Shown here piece after piece: positions 56,101 to 64,000 of a DNA stretch of 64,000 nt; within the stretch, counting starts at the first letter, position 1; each line of letters opens with the position of its first letter. This DNA is from Eledone cirrhosa (taxonomy: Eukaryota). The notes below the pieces were generated by a model. The model worked only from the letters and a program-made list of their open reading frames with translations. It was not told where the DNA came from and searched no databases. A program made the position numbers and the translations under genes. The stretch covers positions 19,716,001 through 19,780,000 of the forward strand of contig OZ024754.1 in assembly GCA_964016885.1 (NCBI GenBank), given 5' to 3'.

Positions 56101-59100
56101 CTGTGGCTAAAATGACTATCCATGATATAGTTACTTTAGTTTCAACACAGTCACAGATCAAGTCACTTACCAGACATGTAAAACTGTAGCTAACATGACT
56201 CTTCCATGATATAGTTACTTTAGTTTAAACACAGTCTCAGATCAAGTGACTTTCTAGACATGTACAACTGTGGTTAAAATGACTCTACCATGATATAGTT
56301 ACTTTAGTTTCAACACAGTCTCAGATCAAGTCACTTGCCAGACATGTTCAACTGTGGCTAATATGATTCTTCCATGATATAGTTACTTTAGTTTGGACAC
56401 AGTCTCAGATCAAGTCACTTGCCAGACATGTACAACTGTGGCTAACCTGACTCTTCCATGATATAGTTACTTTAGTTTGAACACAGTCTTAGATCAAGTC
56501 ACTTACCAGACATGTACAACTGAGGCTAAAATGACTCTTCCATGATATAGTTACTTTAGTTTCACCACAGTCACAGATCAAGTCACTTGCCAGACATGTA
56601 CAACTGTGGATAAAATGACTCTTCCATGATATAGTTACTTTAGTTTCAACACAGTCTCAGATCAAGTCACTTGCCAGACATGTACAACTGTAGCTAAAAT
56701 TAATCTTCCATGATATAGTACTTTAGTTACAACACAGACTCAGATCAAGTCACTTGCCAGACATGTACAACTGTGGCTAAAATCACTCTTCCATGATATA
56801 GTTACCTTAGTTTGAACACAGTCTTAGATCAAGTCACTTGCCAGACATGTACAACTGTGGCTAACCTGACTCTTCCATGATATAGTTACTTTAGTTTGAA
56901 CACAGACTTAGATCAAGTAACTTACCAGACATGTACAACTGAGGCTCAAATGACTCTTCCATGATATAATTACTTTAGTTTCACCACAGTCACAGATCAA
57001 GTCACTTGCCAGACATGTACAACTGTGGATAAAATGACTCTTCCATGATATAGTTACTTTAGTTTCAACACAGTCACAGATCAAGACACTTGCCAGACAT
57101 CTACAACTGTAGCTAAAATGACTCTTCCATGATATAGTTACTTTAGTTTCAACACAGTCTCAGATCAAGTGACTTGCCAGACATGTACATCTCTTGTTAA
57201 AATGACTCTTCCATGATTTAGTTACTTTAGTTTCAACACAGTCTTAGATCAAGTCACTTGCCAGACATGTACAACTGTGGCTAAAATAACTCTTCCATGA
57301 TATAGTTACTTTAGTTTCAGCACAGTCTCAGATCAAGTCACTTGCCAGGCATCTACAACTGTGGCTAAAATGACTCTACCATGATATAGTTACTTTAGTT
57401 TCAACACATTCACAGATCAAGTCACTTGCCAGACATGTACAACTGTGGCTAAAATGACTATCCATGATATAGTTACATTAGTTTCAACACAGTCACAGAT
57501 CAAGACACTTACCAGACATGTAAAACTGTAGCTAGCATGACTCTTCCATGATATAGTTACTTTAGTTTCAACACAGTCTCAGATCAAGTGACTTTCCAGA
57601 CATGTACAACTGTGGCTAAAATGACTCTTCCATGATATAGTTACCTTAGTTTGAACACAGTCTTAGATCAAGTCACTTGCCAGACATTTACAACTGTGGC
57701 TAAAATAACTCTTCCATGATATAGTTACTTTAGTTTTAACACAGTCTCAGATAAAGTCACTTGCCAGACATGTACAACTGTGGCTAAAATGACTGTTCCA
57801 TGATATAGTTACTTTAGTTTCAACACAGTCACAGATCAAGTCACTTACCAGACATGTAAAACTGTAGCTAACATGACTCTTCCATGATATAGTTACTTTA
57901 GTTTCAACACAGTCACAGATCAAGTCACTTACCAGACATGTAAAACTGTAGCTAACATGACTCTTCCATGATATAGTTACTTTAGTTTCAACACAGTCTC
58001 AGATAAAGTGACTTTCTAGACATGTACAACTGTGGCTAAAATGACTCTTCCTTGATATAGTTACTTTAGTTTCAACACAGTCTCAGATCAAGTCACTTGC
58101 CAGACATGTTCAACTGTGGCTAATATGACTCTTCCATGATATAGTTACTTTAGTTTGGACACAGTCTCAGATCAAGTCACTTGCCAGACATGTACAACTG
58201 TGGCTAACCTGACTCTTCCATGATATAGTTACTTTAGTTTGAACACAGACTTAGATCAAGTCACTTACCAGACATGTACAACTGAGGCTCAAATGACTCT
58301 TCCATGATATAATTACTTTAGTTTCACCACAGTCACAGATCAAGTCACTTGCCAGACATGTACAACTGTGGATAAAATGACTCTTCCATGATATAGTTAC
58401 TTTAGTTTCAACACAGTCACAGATCAAGACACTTGCCAGACATCTACAACTGTAGCTAAAATGACTCTTCCATGATATAGTTACTTTAGTTTCAACACAG
58501 TCTCAGATCAAGTCACTTGCCAGGCATGTACAACTGTGGCTAAAATAACTCTTCCATGATATAGTTACTTTAGTTTCAACACAGTCTCAGATCAAGTCAC
58601 TTGCCAGGCATCTACAACTGTGGCTAAAATGACTCTTCCATGATATAGTTACTTTAGTTTCAACACGTTCACAGATCATGTCACTTGCCAGACATATATA
58701 ACTGTGGCTAAAATGACTATCCATGATATAGTTACTTTAGTTTCAACACAGTCACAGATCAAGTCACTTACCAGACATGTAAAACTGTAGCTAACATGAC
58801 TCTTCCATGATATAGTTACTTTAGTTTAAACACAGTCTCAGATCAAGTGACTTTCTAGACATGTACAACTGTGGTTAAAATGACTCTACCATGATATAGT
58901 TACTTTAGTTTCAACACAGTCTCAGATCAAGTCACTTGCCAGACATGTTCAACTGTGGCTAATATGATTCTTCCATGATATAGTTACTTTAGTTTGGACA
59001 CAGTCTCAGATCAAGTCACTTGCCAGACATGTACAACTGTGGCTAACCTGACTCTTCCATGATATAGTTACTTTAGTTTGAACACAGTCTTAGATCAAGT

Positions 59101-62100
59101 CACTTACCAGACATGTACAACTGAGGCTAAAATGACTCTTCCATGATATAGTTACTTTAGTTTCACCACAGTCACAGATCAAGTCACTTGCCAGACATGT
59201 ACAACTGTGGATAAAATGACTCTTCCATGATATAGTTACTTTAGTTTCAACACAGTCTCAGATCAAGTCACTTGCCAGACATGTACAACTGTAGCTAAAA
59301 TTAATCTTCCATGATATAGTACTTTAGTTACAACACAGACTCAGATCAAGTCACTTGCCAGACATGTACAACTGTGGCTAAAATCACTCTTCCATGATAT
59401 AGTTACCTTAGTTTGAACACAGTCTTAGATCAAGTCACTTGCCAGACATGTACAACTGTGGCTAACCTGACTCTTCCATGATATAGTTACTTTAGTTTGA
59501 ACACAGACTTAGATCAAGTAACTTACCAGACATGTACAACTGAGGCTCAAATGACTCTTCCATGATATAATTACTTTAGTTTCACCACAGTCACAGATCA
59601 AGTCACTTGCCAGACATGTACAACTGTGGATAAAATGACTCTTCCATGATATAGTTACTTTAGTTTCAACACAGTCACAGATCAAGACACTTGCCAGACA
59701 TCTACAACTGTAGCTAAAATGACTCTTCCATGATATAGTTACTTTAGTTTCAACACAGTCTCAGATCAAGTGACTTGCCAGACATGTACATCTCTTGTTA
59801 AAATGACTCTTCCATGATTTAGTTACTTTAGTTTCAACACAGTCTTAGATCAAGTCACTTGCCAGACATGTACAACTGTGGCTAAAATAACTCTTCCATG
59901 ATATAGTTACTTTAGTTTCAGCACAGTCTCAGATCAAGTCACTTGCCAGGCATCTACAACTGTGGCTAAAATGACTCTACCATGATATAGTTACTTTAGT
60001 TTCAACACATTCACAGATCAAGTCACTTGCCAGACATGTACAACTGTGGCTAAAATGACTATCCATGATATAGTTACATTAGTTTCAACACAGTCACAGA
60101 TCAAGACACTTACCAGACATGTAAAACTGTAGCTAGCATGACTCTTCCATGATATAGTTACTTTAGTTTCAACACAGTCTCAGATCAAGTGACTTTCCAG
60201 ACATGTACAACTGTGGCTAAAATGACTCTTCCATGATATAGTTACCTTAGTTTGAACACAGTCTTAGATCAAGTCACTTGCCAGACATTTACAACTGTGG
60301 CTAAAATAACTCTTCCATGATATAGTTACTTTAGTTTTAACACAGTCTCAGATAAAGTCACTTGCCAGACATGTACAACTGTGGCTAAAATGACTGTTCC
60401 ATGATATAGTTACTTTAGTTTCAACACAGTCACAGATCAAGTCACTTACCAGACATGTAAAACTGTAGCTAACATGACTCTTCCATGATATAGTTACTTT
60501 AGTTTCAACACAGTCACAGATCAAGTCACTTACCAGACATGTAAAACTGTAGCTAACATGACTCTTCCATGATATAGTTACTTTAGTTTCAACACAGTCT
60601 CAGATAAAGTGACTTTCTAGACATGTACAACTGTGGCTAAAATGACTCTTCCTTGATATAGTTACTTTAGTTTCAACACAGTCTCAGATCAAGTCACTTG
60701 CCAGACATGTTCAACTGTGGCTAATATGACTCTTCCATGATATAGTTACTTTAGTTTGGACACAGTCTCAGATCAAGTCACTTGCCAGACATGTACAACT
60801 GTGGCTAACCTGACTCTTCCATGATATAGTTACTTTAGTTTGAACACAGACTTAGATCAAGTCACTTACCAGACATGTACAACTGAGGCTCAAATGACTC
60901 TTCCATGATATAATTACTTTAGTTTCACCACAGTCACAGATCAAGTCACTTGCCAGACATGTACAACTGTGGATAAAATGACTCTTCCATGATATAGTTA
61001 CTTTAGTTTCAACACAGTCACAGATCAAGACACTTGCCAGACATCTACAACTGTAGCTAAAATGACTCTTCCATGATATAGTTACTTTAGTTTCAACACA
61101 GTCTCAGATCAAGTGACTTGCCAGACATGTACATCTCTGGTTAAAATGACTCTTCCATGATTTAGTTACTTTAGTTTCAACACAGTCTTAGATCAAGTCA
61201 CTTGCCAGACATGTACAACTGTGGCTAAAATAACTCTTCCATGATATAGTTACTTTAGTTTCAGCACAGTCTCAGATCAAGTCACTTGCCAGGCATCTAC
61301 AACTGTGGCTAAAATGACTCTACCATGATATAGTTACTTTAGTTTCAACACATTCACAGATCAAGTCACTTGCCAGACATGTACAACTGTGGCTAAAATG
61401 ACTATCCATGATATAGTTACATTAGTTTCAACACAGTCACAGATCAAGACACTTACCAGACATGTAAAACTGTAGCTAGCATGACTCTTCCATGATATAG
61501 TTACTTTAGTTTCAACACAGTCTCAGATCAAGTGACTTTCCAGACATGTACAACTGTGGCTAAAATGACTCTTCCATGATATAGTTACTTTAGTTTCAAC
61601 ACAACCTCAGATCAAGTCACTTGTCAGACATCTACAACTGTGGCTAAAATGACTCTACCATGATATAGTTACTTTAGTTTCAACACAGTCACAGATCAAG
61701 TCACTTGCCAGACATGTACAAGTGTAGCAAAAATGACTCTTCAATGATATAGTTACTTTAGTTTCAACACAGTCACAGATCAAGTCCTTGCCAGACATGT
61801 ACAACTGTGACTAAAATGATTCTTCCATGATATAGTTACTTTAGTTTCAAAACAATCTCAGATAAAGTCACTTGCCAGACATATACAACTGTGGCTAAAA
61901 TGACTCTTCCATGATATAGTTACTTTAGTTTCAACACAGTCTCAGATCAAGTCACTTGCCAGACATGTTCAACTGTGGCTAATATGACTCTTCCATGATA
62001 TAGTTACTTTAGTTTGGACACAGTCTCAGATCAAGTCACTTGCCAGACATGTACAACTGTGGCTAAAATAACTCTTCCATGATATAGTTACTTTAGTTTC

Positions 62101-64000
62101 AACACAGTCTCAGATCAAGTCACTTGCCAGGCATCTACAACTGTGGCTAAAATGACTCTACCATGATATAGTTACTTTTGTTTCAACACGTTCACAGATC
62201 AAGTCACCTGCCAGACATGTACAACTGTGGCTAAAATGACTCTTCCATGATATAGTTAATTTAGTTTCAACACAGTCAAAAATCAAGTCAATTACCATGG
62301 ATGTACAACTGTGGCTAAAATGACTCTTCCATGATATAGTTACTTTAGTTTCAACACAGTCTCAGATCAAGTCACTTACCAGACATGTACAACTGTGGCT
62401 AAAATGACTCTTCCATGATATAGTTACTTTAGTTTGAACACAGTCTTAGATCAAGTCACTTGCCAGACATGTACAACTGTGGCTAAAATAACTCTTCCAT
62501 GATATAGTTACTTTAGTTTCAACACAGTCTTAGATCAAGTCACTTGTCAGACATCTACAACTGTGGCTAAAATGACTCTACCATGATATAGTTACTTTAG
62601 TTTCAACACAGTCACAGATCAAGTCACTTGCCAGACATGTACAAGTGTAGCAAAAATGACTCTTCAATGATATAGTTACTTTAGTTTCAACACAGTCACA
62701 GATACAGTCACTTGCCAGACATGTACAACTGTGACTAAAATGATTCTTCCATGATATAGTTACTTTAGTTTCAAAACAATCTCAGATAAAGTCACTTGCC
62801 AGACATGTACAACTGTGGCTAAAATGACTCTTCCATGATATAGTTACTTTAGTTTCAACACAGTCTCAGATCAAGTCACTTGCCAGACATGTTCAACTGT
62901 GGCTAATATGATTCTTCCATGATATAGTTACTTTAGTTTGGACACAGTCTCAGATCAAGTCACTTGCCAGACATGTACAACTGTGGCTAACCTGACTCTT
63001 CCATGATATAGTTACTTTAGTTTGAACACAGTCTTAGATCAAGTCACTTACCAGACATGTACAACTGAGGTTCAAATGACTCTTCCAATGATATAATTAC
63101 TTTAGTTTTACCACAGTCACAGATCAAGTCACTTGCCAGACATGTACAACTGTGGATAAAATGACTCTTCCATGATATAGTTACTTTAGTTTCAAAACAA
63201 TCTCAGATAAAGTCACTTGCCAGACATATACAACTGTGGCTAAAATGACTCTTCCATGATATAGTTACTTTTGTTTCAACACAGTCTCAGATCAAGTCAC
63301 TTGCCAGACATGTTCAACTGTGGCTAATATGACTCTTCCATGATATAGTTACTTTAGTTACAACACAGTCTCAGATCAAGTCACTTGCCAGACATGTACA
63401 ACTGTGGCTAAAATAACTCTTCCATGATATAGTTACTTTAGTTTCAACACAGTCTCAGATCAAGTCACTTGCCAGGCATCTACAACTGTGGCTAAAATGA
63501 CTCTACCATGATATAGTTACTTTTGTTTCAACACGTTCACAGATCAAGTTACCTGCCAGACATGTACAACTGTGGCTAAAATGACTCTTCCATGATATAG
63601 TTAATTTAGTTTCAACACAGTCAAAAATCAAGTCAATTACCATGGATGTACAACTGTGGCTAAAATGACTCTTCCATGATATAGTTACTTTAGTTTCAAC
63701 ACAGTCTTACATCAAGTCACTTGCCAGACATGTACAACTGTGGCTAAAATAACTCTTCCATGATATAGTTACTTTAGTTTCAACACAGTCTCAGATCAAG
63801 TCACTTGCCAGGCATGTACAACTGTGGCTAAAATAACTCTTCCATGATATAGTTACTTTAGTTTCAACACAGTCTCAGATCAAGTCACTTGCCAGGCATC
63901 TACAACTGTGGCTAAAATGACTCTTCCATGATATAGTTACTTTAGTTTCAACACGTTCACAGATCATGTCACTTGCCAGACATATATAACTGTGGCTAAA
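51810..64000. repeat. Long-range duplication: ~51.8-56.1 kb repeated at ~60.3-64 kb (offset 8476 bp = 101 monomers, then 7889 bp after a 7-monomer loss near 63.19 kb)
   Basis: caagtccttg (53305/61781) and gatacagtc (54225/62701) are 8476 bp apart. tacctgcc (55661/63550) and atcatgt (56074/63963) are 7889 bp apart. Confidence 0.85.
55865..61114. repeat. Second tandem duplication of period 2601 bp (31 monomers), with different content from the first
   Basis: aggcatgtac (55921/58522), atcatgt (56074/58675) and the G of tttcaGcacag (57320/59921) share the offset. Confidence 0.88.

Larger units (their letters stand above)
1..64000. repeat. 84-bp tandem satellite array (~760 monomers), running off both window ends
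   Basis: The unit ctttagttt...gatatagtta starts at 1 and again at 85 and continues without unique sequence to 64000. Monomers differ by a few substitutions and by recurrent 1-2 bp indels that give 82-85 bp units. No inverted segment was seen. Confidence 0.99.

Noticed and set aside
1-64000. CRISPR array
   Set aside because: There are no unique spacers (the whole 84-bp unit is repeated), no leader and no cas genes.
1-64000. Giant repeat-protein gene or intact zinc-finger array (e.g. PRDM9-like 84-bp minisatellite)
   Set aside because: Every consensus frame has a stop, 1-2 bp indels recur throughout, and no frame has the full C2H2 pattern or TGEKP linker.
1-64000. Transposon insertions, inversions, telomeric repeats, tRNA or 5S rRNA units
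   Set aside because: I saw no non-satellite sequence or strand switch, and the monomer shows no cloverleaf, clear pol III A/B boxes or telomere motif.

Overview
The whole 64 kb window is one uninterrupted, single-orientation, head-to-tail tandem array of an 84-bp monomer (about 760 copies, ~38% GC, no CpG in the consensus). The consensus from position 1 is CTTTAGTTTCAACACAGTC(T/A)CAGATCAAGTCACTTGCCAGACATGTACAACTGTGGCTAAAATGACTCTTCCATGATATAGTTA. It reads as eukaryotic satellite DNA, possibly centromeric or pericentromeric; I do not recognise the family or host. I can support no genes, RNA genes, transposons or CRISPR arrays, and the five ORFs are chance read-throughs of 3-4 monomers. The structure worth noting lies inside the array: (i) distinguishable monomer variants in a conserved order (an old higher-order repeat); (ii) many younger, near-identical, in-register block duplications at offsets of 12-101 monomers; (iii) variants confined to particular sub-regions; (iv) a monomer with dyad symmetry, an internal degenerate direct repeat and a length of 8 helical turns or 28 codons. 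All offsets were counted by eye from rare marker variants, and block boundaries are approximate.
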